NCBI GenBank assembly: GCA_964016885.1
Contig: OZ024765.1
Location: 5,084,001-5,148,000, forward strand
Direction of reading: 5' to 3'
Length of the DNA stretch: 64,000 nt
Origin: Eledone cirrhosa
Taxonomy: Eukaryota
A program made the translations under genes and the position numbers. The notes under the pieces were generated by a model. It was not told the DNA's origin. It ran no database searches and saw only the letters and a list, made by a program, of their open reading frames with translations. Below are positions 51,510-64,000 of this stretch, piece after piece. The first letter of the stretch is position 1. Each line of letters begins with the position of its first letter.

Positions 51510-51555
51510 ATCTAAGCGAGACCGGGCGTGACACATATACACAACATACACGCAG

Positions 51556-51604
<49 letters not shown>

Positions 51605-51979
51605 TGTACATTACAGAAGAGCCTATATATTTGACATCGAAACTGGTATATATATATATATATTATATACATTTATTTTATTATATTATATCATATATTT
51701 TATATTATATATTATGTTATATTATATTATTTGTTATTGAACTATATTATATTTCCCTTAGCGATCCTTATACGCACACACACACACATATATGTATATA
51801 TTATTCAAAATATTAATAAATGAAAAATATTCTCATAACCAAAATATATATTTTATTATTTTGGTTATGAGAATATTTTGAATAATATTAAATACTCCCG
51901 AAAATGTTTGTCGAGTGGTTTTAATCTATTGTAAAATTGTATTGTATTCGTTGAACAATCAACGAACTATATAAACTTT

Positions 51980-52020
<41 letters not shown>

Positions 52021-52136
52021 ATCCAAGATTGGAGATACACTATATCGTAAAAGATCTACCAGCTATGAACAGAATCTTTGATTACATGGAGGTTACGAAA
52101 AGTTTCAAACTATAGAACCTTCTAACTGCTTTACAG

Positions 52137-52252
<116 letters not shown>

Positions 52253-52879
52253 GGGCGGGTAAAATTCCCGAGATCCATGGACGAGTTCTCTCCAGCGGTC
52301 TCTGTCCCTCATTATCGCTGCCATGTCCTGCGTCTCCAACAGACCAGTGTCTGTCCCTAGGGCATCAACATACGTTAACCTTGGTCTCCTTCTTCTAGAG
52401 TGTCCATGTAGGGGCTCCCACAGGAGCACTGAGTGCAATGTCAACTCTGGATATCGCTGAGCATGTCCAGCTAACCTCAGTCTCCTCTGTGTCACTTTTG
52501 AGCTGACTTTTGGGAGGCTCCCATACAGCTCTGAGTTATATATATATATAGGAAAAGAGTGAGGACCAAGACGGCTGAGCTCCGGCCGTTTCAACAGCTA
52601 GATCCGAACTCTACTACCCTAAGTATTGAGTACTCTGGTGCATTATGGTCCACCTGGTATCTTACCACATCCTCTTTATTTTATATATATATATGTGTGT
52701 GTGTGTGTGTATGTGTAGAGGGATGTATGACGCTGGAGCTTCTAGGCAATATGCCCCCCCCCCCCCGTCCCACTGCAAAGTGGTCGTGTAGGTGTCACGG
52801 CAAACAGCACCCAGTCCACACTGCAGAGTGGTCGTGTAGGTGTCACGCAAAAAAGCACCCAGCCTACACTGTTTATATT

Positions 52880-53203
52880 GAAAACGAAAATGGCATGTAA
52901 TGCCCAATGCTAATTCATAAATTTCCTAGAAACCATTAATGGAATCGGAAATTTCTTTTGTCCATAGAAATGTGAGGAGACTAACAAATGTGTGCTGCAA
53001 ATTTCGAGGAAATCGACTGGATTATCTTTAAGTTGCGGCTTTTCGCCTCCGGGCCCTAGGGCAGAAAAAGTAAAAATCTTTTAGCCTGTTGCACTTCAAG
53101 AAATATAAGTAAAGCATGTGTAAAGTTTGAAAAAAATTGGTCAGGTACTTCACGAGTTTTAGGGATTTACACAGACAGACATCCTCTGTTATATATATAT
53201 ATA
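52880..53203 (+). mobile_element. Helentron-associated (DINE/HINE-like) non-autonomous element
   Basis: caaatttc..aaatcg and aaagtttg..aaattgg blocks followed by acagacagac...ttatatatatag end. Confidence 0.45.
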
Positions 53204-53439
53204 GAGAGAGACATATATATATCTATAATTGTTTATACTTTGGGCACAAGGCCAGCAATTATTCCAGTGTATTACTGGTATTTTATTTTATCTTAACCCC
53301 ATAAGAATGAAAGGTAAAGTTAACCTCGGCGGGATTTGAACTCAGAATGGCAAGGGCCGTAACTCTATGCGTCAAAGCATGGCGTCCGACCCTCTACCGA
53401 TACTGCCAATATATATATATAATGTATATATATATATAA

Positions 53440-53488
<49 letters not shown>

Positions 53489-54035
53489 GACATGCATATT
53501 TATATAAACTCACACACACTTACATATATATATACAAAAATATATATATATATAAATATATATATATAAGTACATATAAATATATATATATATAAGTACA
53601 TATATTTATATATATATATATAAGTACATATATATATATACACACATGCATATTTATATAAACTCTCACACACTTATATATATATAATGTATATATATAT
53701 ATATAAGTATATATATATATATATAAATATATGTATATATATATATAAATATATGTATATATATATATGTGTTTGTTTATTTATTTATTTATTGTTGGTT
53801 GGTTGTTTGTTCGATGTGTGTGTGTTTTCATTTTGTCACAAAATGAAAACACACACACACATAGAACAAACAACCAACCAACAATAAATAAATAAATAAA
53901 CAAACAAATAGATAAATGAACACAAACACACATATATATATATATAAATATATGTATATATATAAGTATATACAAATATATCTTTATATAAACTCACACA
54001 CACACACATATATATATATATCTTTCTCAGGGACC

Positions 54036-54091
54036 ATGAACCATCCACATACCAAAGACAAGACCAATGCTATGAAGAAGATTAAAGCAAA
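54036..54091 (+). CDS. ZBBX: ZBBX first coding exon (MNHPHTKDKTNAMKKIKA)
   Basis: acceptor at 54029-54030, accATG, GTTGGT donor in the phase required by the next exon. Confidence 0.7.
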
Positions 54092-55407
54092 GTTGGTATT
54101 TCTTTTCATAATCAATATAATTGTTGTGAGGGTGATAGATTATGTATAGAGTAACACTGAGAGAGAAGCTTTGAATATGATACTTCCTCGTGGGTTGAGG
54201 AGTGTCAGCTAAAGATCCTATCCTTTGAGGTAAATTTTACCTGTTGCTGCCATTGACAGCATTTTGCTGTTTTAACAGCTTCCTTGTGCACAGTTTTCCC
54301 ATTGTCCTATGAATTCTAATGGACTCTCCTTTCAAACTCGATATTCAAGACAACTTTGTTTATACATATCTATAAATTAACATTCTTTATGTAAGCAGAC
54401 GGTAATTGATTTATGGAGTCTCAGAAACCCAAATACTGGATTTTACCAACCGTCCTGGGGTCCGGGTAAATTTTCAATCACATATATTTTTATTGTTTGA
54501 CCTGAATTACTTGGTCGTTTTTTTTTGGCTGTGCGGATGATTAGTTTAACCACCATCTCAGTATGTTTGGCCCTTAACGTATGTTGTAGCTCTGATTCAT
54601 ATGAATCATCGAGCGCTTGCATCACATCTCGGAAGTTGTTTTTCGTTAATTCCTAAGCTGAAATACGATTCTCGCTAATTTATATTTATATATATATATA
54701 TATATATGTATAAATATATATATATTAAATACAAGTATGTATACGTACATGGTGGCTGCCAACTCGTTTTCGAGTACGGCCACTACTTTATATCCATGTA
54801 GGAGAACCCCTACCGATGCGCTGAACGAGTGTGACTTTTTAGTCCAGCCAGCGACTTGAAAACTCTGGTAGAAACACTACACTTGTGACAATTATTGACA
54901 CATAGTGCTGGGCCCATGGTACCATGTGATGACAGTGCAGAGAGATCTCCAGATATAAAGCAATGCCTGTGCCGTGAAGCTTTTATAGTGAGCAAAGGCA
55001 CTGCACAAAGCCAGTCCCACTCTCTTAACCAAGATGATATTTACCAAAAAGAAGAACAAGTCAACATCATTGGATACCATCAGGGTTGCAGGTGTTATAT
55101 CAGGGTTTTCCTTCTCCTAGAATTCTGCCTAGAATTCTCCTAGATCTCTGTATACATGTGTGTATATGTACATACACACATGTATACAGACGTACAGTAG
55201 TATGTATATATATACATACATGCACACATATATATATGTACGTATGGATTTACCGAACATTTATTATAATGATCGGTGTGTTTGTAAACAAACATACCGA
55301 ATTAAGCCATACAGTGTTTAGCAACCATCGTTGCCCTTTTGTTCAACACTGACAAAGGAACCATGTACTAGTTTCAAGCTTATTAGCTATCATCATATAT
55401 ATATATC

Positions 55408-55441
<34 letters not shown>

Positions 55442-56107
55442 AGGAAGGGCATCCAGCCGTAGAAAACCAGCTGGAAACAGTCCTGTATGAGAGAGACCCG
55501 ACCCAACTTACCTCTAAATGGTACAAACCTGCCTAACCCGTCCTAGCGTGGAAGATGGACGTTAAATGATGATATATGTATGTGTGTGTTATATTTATAG
55601 TCCCAGTGGTCTCTGTCCCTCATTATCGCTGCCATGTCCTGTGTCTCCAACAGACCAGTGTCTGTCCTTAAAGCATCAACATACGTTAACCTTGGTCTTC
55701 CTCTTCCAGTGTGTCCGTGTAGGGGCTCCCACTGACCAAGAAACTCACTCAGATGGTGGATGGGTGCTACACGAGAATGTTGAGGATGGCTCTGAACATT
55801 AATCAGTATACACTGAAAATTAAGAACTCAGGGCTGTACGGGAGCCTCCCAAAAGTCAGCTCAAAAGTGACACAGAGGAGACTGAGGTTAGCTGGACATG
55901 CTCACCGACATCCAGAGTTGACACTGCACTCAGTGCTCCTGTGGGAGCCCCTACATGGACACACTGGAAGAGGAAGACCAAGGTTAATGTATGTTGATGC
56001 CCTAAGGACAGACACTGGGCTGTTGGAGACGCAGGACATGGCAGCGATAATGAGGGACAGAGATCGCTGGAGAGAACTCGTCCATGGATCTCGGGAATTT
56101 TACACGC

Positions 56108-56140
<33 letters not shown>

Positions 56141-59100
56141 ATGTCACAAGAGAAATTTTCTTTATGTTGCAGGAGTTTAGGAATAATGGGAGCTGGTTTC
56201 ATTAATGACATTGAGACAAGGAATATGGAGGAACGGTTGAACATGATGAAGGCAGTCATAGAACGGGAGAAGGAGGACAGAAAGTAAGTTGGTTTCTACA
56301 CAGACAGATACATACATACAGAGACACATACATACAGACACACACACACATACATACATACACACGTACACACATACATACACACACATACATACAAACG
56401 CACATACATACATACATACATCCAAACCCATGCAAGCGTGGAACATGGACGTTAAACGATGATGAATACATACATACATACAAACACACGTACTTACATA
56501 CACACATACATACAAACGCACATACATACATACACAAACACACGTACTTACATACATACATGGTGGCTGCAAACTCTGCTAAGAGTATTTCAATCACTTG
56601 TCAGATTATAGAGTTTGGTACACTTTTAGGCTATGGCCAGCCACACAAACCTGTAACAGATCCTGAACAAGCAATGGCTGTGATTTGAAAGGTTTTTTAA
56701 GTGGGGAAAGGCCTTGCACTTTCTGAACATCGAAAACACTACCTGAAAAGGAGAACTGGTCAACATCATCGGATGCTTCTAAAACTGTAGTTTTTCTTTT
56801 CAGAGTTTCCCTCTCTTAGAAAGGTGTTGTGACAACAATTGGGGGCCAGGTGAAAAAAACAAAACAGACATACATAGTCTTGTGCCAAATGTAGAAACCA
56901 TTATTTTTAATATTTCAGAAAGCGAGGTGGTGCCTATTGGAATTCAGGTCAAAAGGGAAAGCTGAATAAGTTTGCTGACAAACTTCTGACCAAACCCAAC
57001 ATTGACAGCCGAATGGTAAGACATCTATATTCTAAATAGTCATTGCCTTCATCATCATTATCTAATTCAGAGGTCCCCAACCACTGGGCTGCAAACAGGC
57101 ACCGGTCCATGGATCATTTGCTGCCAGGCTGCAAAGAAATAATTAACTTGTTTAACCCTTTAGCATTTAAACCGGCCATATCCGGCCAGAATTCTCTCAC
57201 CTCTTTCTGTTCAAACTGGCCATAACAGGCCACTCATACTTATGTTAAAGTGTTGTTCTCAAAATATATAATATCAAAATCCCCTAGATTCGATATTGCG
57301 TGAGATAATTATGTAAGATAAAATGTTTTCTGTGAAAATACAATAGTATATATAGAGTAATGTAAATGTTATGTGAGATATTATGTGAGGTAAAGCCTTT
57401 ACTGTGAAAATACAATAGTATATATAGAGTAATGTAAATGTTATGTGAGGTAAAGCCTTTACTGTGAAAATACAATAGTATATATAGAGTAATGTAAATG
57501 CTAAAGGGTTAAAATTATATAATAAAATTATATAAATTGAATATTGGATTAATTTAAAAAGATTTGTTTAAATATTCAATATCATCTACTCAATACACTT
57601 TAATAAATTGCTCTTTTTATTATTGCTCTCTTTATCAAAATACACTTAAATAACACATATCTGCAACTATTGGTCCGTGGAAAGATTGTCTGGCATGAAG
57701 CCTGTCCATGGTATAAAACAATTGTTGGAGACCACTGATCTAATTCACCGTTATTCTCTTTATCATCATCATCATCACCATAATCCTATTTGGTGTGGAA
57801 TTTTGTATATTATAAATGTGTTGGTCACCAATGTTTTCCTACCTATGATACTCGGCTGTAAAGTTCATAGGCTGACTACGAAGTAGTGATGCTAGAGCTG
57901 TGAAATCTTGCATGAATTAATTTCGACCCCTTTTTTTTTAATAACTGCTTCCTCTTTTTCCAGGGACTATGTTGAAAAATAAACCTCATTTGGTCATTCC
58001 AGAGTATCACCATCATCACTACCATCATCACCATCATCATCACTACCATCATCACTACCATCATCACCATCATCATCACTACCATCATCACCATCATCAT
58101 CACTACCATCATCATCACCATCATCACCATCATAGTTGTCATTAACCTTATTTGTTTTTTTTCATCCTGTTTTTACTTTTGTTTTTTTTTCTTTCTTTCA
58201 ACAGATGAAAAATCTGCGACTCTTAACAGATGAAAAGATTGGTATGTGTAGCCATCATCATCACCACCATCACCATCATCATCATCACCATCACCATCAA
58301 CATCACCATCACCATCAACATCACCATCATCATCACCATCATCATCACCCTCATCATCACCATCATCATCATCATCAACATCACCATCGCCATCAACATC
58401 ACCATCATCATCACCATCACCATCAACATCACCATCAACATCACCATCATCATCACCCTCATCATCACCATCATCATCATCATCAACATCACCATCACCA
58501 TCACCATCACCATCAACATCACCATCACCATCAACATCAACATCACCATCGCCATCAACATCACCATCATCATCACCATCACCATCACCATCAACATCAA
58601 CATCACCATCACCATCAACATCAACATCACCATCATCATCACCATCACCATCAACATCACCATCGCCATCATCATCACCCTCATCATCACCATCATCATC
58701 AACATCATCACCATCATCATCACCATCATCACCATCCCCATCACCATCATCATCACCATCATCATCACCATCACCATCACCATCACCATCACCATAGTCA
58801 TCACCATCACCATAGTCATCATCATCACCATCACCATCATCATCACCATCACCAACACCATCATCATCACCATCATCATCACCAACACCATCACCACCAT
58901 CATCACCATCACTATTTCATTAATGATTTGAGTTTTTCTTTTCTCTTTCTCTCTTCCTATCCCTACCACCTCCACCACTACCACCTCATCCACCATACAC
59001 CACCTCAACCACACCACCACACCACACCACCGCAACCACGCACCACCATCACCACTACACCACCACTACTACACCACCACACCACACCGCCCCCACCACC

Positions 59101-60976
59101 ACCACCACACCACCACCACCACACCACCACCACACCACCACACACCACCACTACCACTCACCACCACCTCCACCACACCATCACCATCACACCACCACCA
59201 CTACTACACCCCCACTCCACCACGACCACCACTCCCACACCACCACGACCACCACCCCCACACCACCACGACCACCACCCCCACACCACCACGACCACCA
59301 CCCCCACACCACCACGACCACCACACACCATCACCACCACACACCATCACCACCACCACCACTCACCACACACCATCATCACCACCACCTCAACCACACC
59401 ACACCACCTCAACCACACCACACCACCGCCACCACTGCACCACACCACACCACCGCCACCACTGCACCACACCACACCACCGCCACCACTGCACCACACA
59501 CCACCACCACCCCACACTACCACACCTCCCACACCACCACCATACCTTAACCACCACCACCACAGTACTTCCGGAGAGGTATCCATCTGCTAGTTTATCT
59601 GAGAAGCTGAACAACTTAACAAACAGGAGCGGCGGTGGGAGTATCAGTACCCCAGAGATGTCCAACCGACACGGGAAGCAGTGTGGACAATGTGAAATAC
59701 ACAAGGCCGATTTTGTAAGATAGTCCATTTGTTTTTATTTTTTCATTTTTTTGCTTTTCTAAAAATACGAATGACTGAGATGCCCCTAATTAATGGCGTG
59801 ACAACGTCCCTAGTGCTGCTGAACTCCCCCCAGTACATTATGTAAAGTGGTTGGTGATAGGAAGGGCATCCAGACAGAAAACTTGCCAAAACAAGGGTCA
59901 AGAGGACCCTTGAGTTGTGTCAGAGGCATGACAACGTCCCTAGTGCTGCTGAACTCCCCCCAGTACATTATGTAAAGTGGTTGGTGATAGGAAGGGCATC
60001 CAGACAGAAAACTTGCCAAAACAAGGGTCAAGAGGACCCTTGAGTTGTGTCAAAGGCATGACAACGTCCCTAGTGCTGCTGAACTCCCCCCAGTACATTA
60101 TGTAAAGTGGTTGGTGACAGGAAGGGCATCCAGACAGAAAACTTGCCAAAACAAGGGTCAAGAGGACCCTTGAGTTGTGTCAGAGGCGTGACAACGTCCC
60201 TAGTGCTGCTGAACTCCCCCCAGTACATTATGTAAAGTGGTTGGTGATAGGAAGGGCATCCAGACAGAAAACTTGCCAAAACAAGGGTCAAGAGGACCCT
60301 TGAGTTGTGTCAGAGGCGTGACAACGTCCCTAGTGCTGCTGAACTCCCCCCAGTACATTATGTAAAGTGGTTGGTGATAGGAAGGGCATCCAGACAGAAA
60401 ACTTGCCAAAACAAGGGTCAAGAGGACCCTTGAGTTGTGTCAGAGGCATGACAACGTCCCTAGTGCTGCTGAACTCCCCCAGTACATTCTGTAAAGTGGT
60501 TGGTGATAGGAAGGGCATCCAGACAGAAAACTTGCCAAAACAAGGGTCAAGAGGACCCTTGAGTTGTGTCAGAGGCATGACAACCTCCCTAGTTTTGGTG
60601 ACATGATAAAATGCACCCAGTATATCCTGTAATGTTGTTGGTGATAGGAGGGTCATCCAGACATAGAAAACCTGCACAAATACAATTCTATACATGCGAG
60701 ACAGGGTCACCCTATCACTATTCCCGTCTAACCCATGCTAGTGTGGAAGATAGACGTTAAATGATGATGATGATTGGAAAATGTGTGAAATCCTTGGTAC
60801 AGTTAGAAAAAGAATGACTTCACTTGTAGTTCTAAACAATTTGATTTAATTTTATAATATTATGATTTGGTAGATCTATTAAGTTCTTTGTTAACTTACT
60901 AGATCTACCAAATCGTATTATAAAATTAAATCAAATTGTTTAGAACTACAAGTGAAGTCATTCTCTTCCTTTTTTT

Positions 60977-61026
<50 letters not shown>

Positions 61027-61483
61027 GAAGTTCTATTTAAATTGTTGGGATACAACAAGCAAATATAAAGCACTCAACAAATTATTGGAGTAAAAATACA
61101 ATATATTAACAAATGGAAACTATATTTATAAAACCATATTTATTTCATTATACATATTTCAAGGACACCAAGTTAAATTATGGTGCGCTTTCATCAGATA
61201 AAATATAATATAGATCAGTTTTATAAATAAATATTGACATACCCTTAAAGAATGCGACCATTTCTGTTGGAAGCTCCCGGATAGTGTATGCCGGATGACT
61301 ATCCGGGAGCTTCCAACAAAAATGGTCACATTCTTTAAGGGTATGTCAATATTTATTTATAAAACTGATCTATATTATATTTTATCTGATGAAAGCAGAC
61401 CATAATTTAACTTGGTGTCCTTGAAATATGTATAATGAAATAAATATGGTTTTATAAATATAGTTTCCATTTGTTAATATATC

Positions 61484-61555
<72 letters not shown>

Positions 61556-62007
61556 GTTTCTACGTTAGGCACAAGGCCAGCAATTACCCAGTGCATTACT
61601 GGTACTTTATTTTATCGACCCCGTAAGGATGAAAGGCAAAGTCAACCTCGGCGGGATTTGAACTCAGACCGTAAAGGGACGTAACTATGCTGGAAAGCAT
61701 GGCGTCCGACCCTCTACCGATACTGCCAATCCACCACCACTATATATATATATATATAATATGTCCCTATTTCAGTGCTGCCTTCAATGTACAGAGGTTT
61801 ATTGCTCAAGTTGTTTTGCCAGTTATCACAGAAAGGGAGCCCTTCGCAAACACAGATCCATATCTTTGGATGTAAGTCTTCAAATCTTTAACTGTTGTTG
61901 TGTCCTACCATCTCTCTCTCTCTCTCTCTCTCGCTCTCTCTTTCTCTCTCTCTCGCGCTCTCTCTCGCTCTCTCTCTCGCGCTCTCTCTCTCGCGCTCTC
62001 TCTCTCG

Positions 62008-62064
<57 letters not shown>

Positions 62065-64000
62065 TGAAAGAATGAAGAATAACATGATCAACAGTACAAA
62101 AAAGGGGTTTATTTACAGTCTTAACAATTGTTTCACTGATTAAGTTGTCTAAAAATTGCTGAACACTTGAAGCTGTGCCACTCAATTTTAAGTCCTCTCT
62201 GATGATCTGGTTAAGTTAACAACGTATTTAAAATTGAGTGGCACAGCTCCAAGTGTTCAGCAATTTTTAGACAACTCAATCAGTGAAACAATTGTCAGAC
62301 TGCAAATAAAAGCCTTTTCTGTACTGTTGACCATGTTATTCTTCACTCTTTCAATATTATTACTCCAAGATAAACTTACATAGGAATTCACGAGAACTCA
62401 CAAACTCGCCACCTACGGAAACCTACTTTATACACCCACTAACGTACCTACTTTATACACCCACTAACGTACCTACTTTATACACCCACTAACGTACCTA
62501 CTTTATACACCCACTAACATACCTACTTTATACACCCACTAACATACCTACTTTATACACCCACTAACGTACCTACTTTATACACCCACTAACGTACCTA
62601 CTTTATACACCCACTAACGTACCTACTATATACACCCACTAACGTACCTACTATATACACCCACTAACATACCTACTTTATACACTCACTAACATACCTA
62701 CTATATACACCCACTAACGTACCTACTATATACACCCACTAACGTACCTACTTTATACACTCACTAACGTACCTACTATATACACCCACTAATATACCTA
62801 CTTTATCTCTCGTTTTGCAGATTTCCAATGTGATACGCCCCAAATCAAGGTATGGTGCCATATTGTCCTATTTCCCTCTGTTGTCCTATATTGTACTCTC
62901 TTGTCCTGTATTGTACTCTGCTGTCCTGTATTGTACTCTGTTGTCCTGTATTGTACTCAGCTGTCCTATTTCCCTCTGTTGTCCTATATTGTACTCTGTT
63001 GTCCTGTATTGTACTCTGTTGTCCTGTATTGTACTCAGCTGTCCTGTGTTGTACTCTGTTGTCCTATATTGTACTCTCTTGTCCTATATTGTACTCTCTT
63101 GTCCTGTATTGTACTCTGTTGTCCTGTATTGTACTCAGCTGTCCTATTTTCCCTCTGTTGTCCTGTGTTGTACTCTGTTGTCCTGTATTGTACTCTGTTG
63201 TCCTGTATTGTACTCTCTTGTCCTATATTGTACTCTCTTGTCCTGTATTGTACTCTGTTGTCCTGTATTGTACTCTGTTGTCCTGTATTGTACTCTCTTG
63301 TCCTATATTGTACTCTCTTGTCCTGTATTGTACTCTGCTGTCCTGTATTGTACTCTCTTGTCCTATATTGTACTCTCTTGTCCTGTATTGTACTCTGTTG
63401 TCCTGTATTGTACTCAGCTGTCCTATTTTCCCTCTGTTGTCCTGTGTTGTACTCTGTTGTCCTATATTGTACTCTCTTGTCCTATATTGTACTCTCTTGT
63501 CCTGTATTGTACTCTGTTGTCCTGTATTGTACTCTGCTGTCCTGTATTGTACTCTCTTGTCCTATATTGTACTCTCTTGTCCTGTATTGTACTCTGTTGT
63601 CCTGTATTGTACTCTCTTGTCCTATATTGTACTCTCTTGTCCTGTATTGTACTCTCTTGTCCTGTATTGTACTCAGCTGTCCTATTTCCCTCTGTTGTCC
63701 TATATTGTACTCTGTTGTCCTGTATTGTACTCTGCTGTCCTGTATTGTACTCTCTTGTCCTGTATTGTACTCAGCTGTCCTATTTTCCCTCTGTTGTCCT
63801 GTGTTGTACTCTGTTGTCCTATTTCTTGCTTTATTTTCTCTGTGGTATGAGAGAGAGACAGAGAGAGGAAGAGAGACAGGGGGAGGAAGACAGGGGGAGG
63901 AAGAGAAAGACTGAGGGAGAGGAAGGAGCTAATTTTGTCTTTGTTCTTTGTCAGGTTTATTGAGATGGAGAGGACCTCACAGGGAGCAGGACCTACAGTT
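54036..64000 (+). CDS. ZBBX: Zinc finger B-box domain-containing protein 1 (5' part, continues beyond the window)
   Basis: join(54036..54091, 56173..56283, 56919..57015, 58205..58241, 59566..59714, 61776..61871, 62821..62849, 63955..>64000), phases compatible. MEERL...EREKEDR, YWNSGQKGKL and B-box CGQCE...CLQCTEVYCSSCFASYHRKGALRKH match ZBBX as recalled. Confidence 0.9.
55731..56108 (+). mobile_element. Young RTE-type LINE 3' fragment; near-identical copies at about 3424-3603, 14735-14885, 50277-50525, 52252-52537 (-) and 55600-55730 (-)
   Basis: DGCYTRMLRMALN...RRLRLAGHAHRH...[16 protein letters not shown] motif; copies end in (TA)n. Confidence 0.88.
56173..56283 (+). CDS. ZBBX: ZBBX exon
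   Basis: tgcAG/GTAAGT; ETRNMEERL...EREKEDRK. Confidence 0.88.
56919..57015 (+). CDS. ZBBX: ZBBX exon
   Basis: ttcAG/GTAAGA; YWNSGQKGKL motif. Confidence 0.9.
57152..57512. mobile_element. piggyBac-like MITE (TTAA-CCCTTTAGCATTT ... AAATGCTAAAGGG-TTAA)
   Basis: terminal inverted repeats and TTAA target; relatives at about 15959-16377, 26505-26694 and 36885-37108; a second TTAA family at about 24617-24854. Confidence 0.75.
58205..58241 (+). CDS. ZBBX: ZBBX small exon (MKNLRLLTDEKI)
   Basis: poly-T acceptor, GTATGT donor, bridges phase 0 to phase 1. Confidence 0.8.
58253..59563. repeat. (CAT/CAC)n low-complexity tracts filling a ZBBX intron
   Basis: direct inspection. Confidence 0.92.
59566..59714 (+). 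CDS. ZBBX: ZBBX exon with start of B-box (GKQCGQCEIHKADF)
   Basis: cacAG/GTAAGA, open frame. Confidence 0.85.
59797..60592. repeat. 130-bp tandem array (about 6 copies) from a SINE segment
   Basis: ORF offsets of 130; contains the tgtaaagtggttgg and ggaagggcatcc SINE blocks. Confidence 0.92.
61141..61205 (-). ncRNA. Hammerhead ribozyme, left arm of palindrome
   Basis: inverted copy with better stem II (AAGcGCACCA/TGGTGTcCTT); a decayed relative is at about 50158-50220. Confidence 0.7.
61378..61442 (+). ncRNA. Hammerhead ribozyme, right arm of palindrome
   Basis: tattttat-CTGATGA-aag...acca-loop-tggt...ctt-GAAA-tatgtATA-atgaaata. Confidence 0.68.
61776..61871 (+). CDS. ZBBX: ZBBX B-box exon
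   Basis: ttcAG/GTAAGT; CCLQCTEVYCSSCFASYHRKGALRKHR. Confidence 0.94.
62420..62806. repeat. 25-bp minisatellite (acctactttatacacccactaacgt)
   Basis: unit offsets 62421 and 62446. Confidence 0.92.
62821..62849 (+). CDS. ZBBX: ZBBX 29-nt exon (ISNVIRPKS)
   Basis: ttttgcAG/AG|GTATGG; phase fits both neighbouring exons. Confidence 0.7.
62862..63825. repeat. 20-bp minisatellite (tgtcctgtattgtactctgt)
   Basis: direct inspection. Confidence 0.92.
63955..64000 (+). CDS. ZBBX: ZBBX exon, truncated by the window end
   Basis: pyrimidine tract and AG at 63953-63954; frame RFIEMERTSQGAGPTV is open. Confidence 0.65.

Larger units (their letters stand above)
61101..61482. repeat. Long near-perfect inverted repeat (Penelope-like relic)
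   Basis: arms of about 185 bp around a 12-nt spacer at 61286-61297. Confidence 0.9.

Noticed and set aside
58136-59593. 485-aa His-rich ORF
   Set aside because: (CAT/CAC)n tract inside a ZBBX intron, out of frame with the flanking exon model
59797-60592. Regular repeats resembling a CRISPR array
   Set aside because: Whole units repeat with no unique spacers; eukaryotic context
62815-63963. Cys/Leu/Val-rich ORFs in three frames
   Set aside because: Stop-free 20-bp minisatellite in an intron

Overview
Eukaryotic (metazoan) genomic DNA, very rich in microsatellites and transposable elements. The repeat landscape (tRNA-derived SINEs, RTE LINEs, Penelope-like relics in (TA)n) suggests an octopod cephalopod, which is an inference. 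Three spliced genes can be rebuilt by hand. (1) CCNB1IP1/HEI10, a meiotic RING E3 ligase on the minus strand, with 11 coding exons (26145..11964, 263 aa). It has two candidate U12-type minor-spliceosome introns, micro-exons of 16 and 21 nt, and a probable GC-AG intron. (2) GORAB (RAB6-interacting golgin) on the plus strand, with 5 exons (32299..42311, 849 aa). It is enlarged by an in-frame Thr/Pro heptad minisatellite. (3) The 5' part of ZBBX (B-box zinc finger) on the plus strand from 54036, running off the window, with an RFX X-box upstream. The non-coding DNA holds several minimal hammerhead ribozymes of Penelope type. It also holds many fold-back palindromes, several centred exactly on the stem II hairpin of a hammerhead. 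Other repeats are piggyBac-like TTAA MITEs and tandem arrays amplified from LINE, SINE and MITE fragments, including two independent 123-bp arrays from the homologous RTE segment. Nearly all ORFs in the supplied track are microsatellite or TE artefacts. Family assignments rest on recalled motifs; no database search was run.
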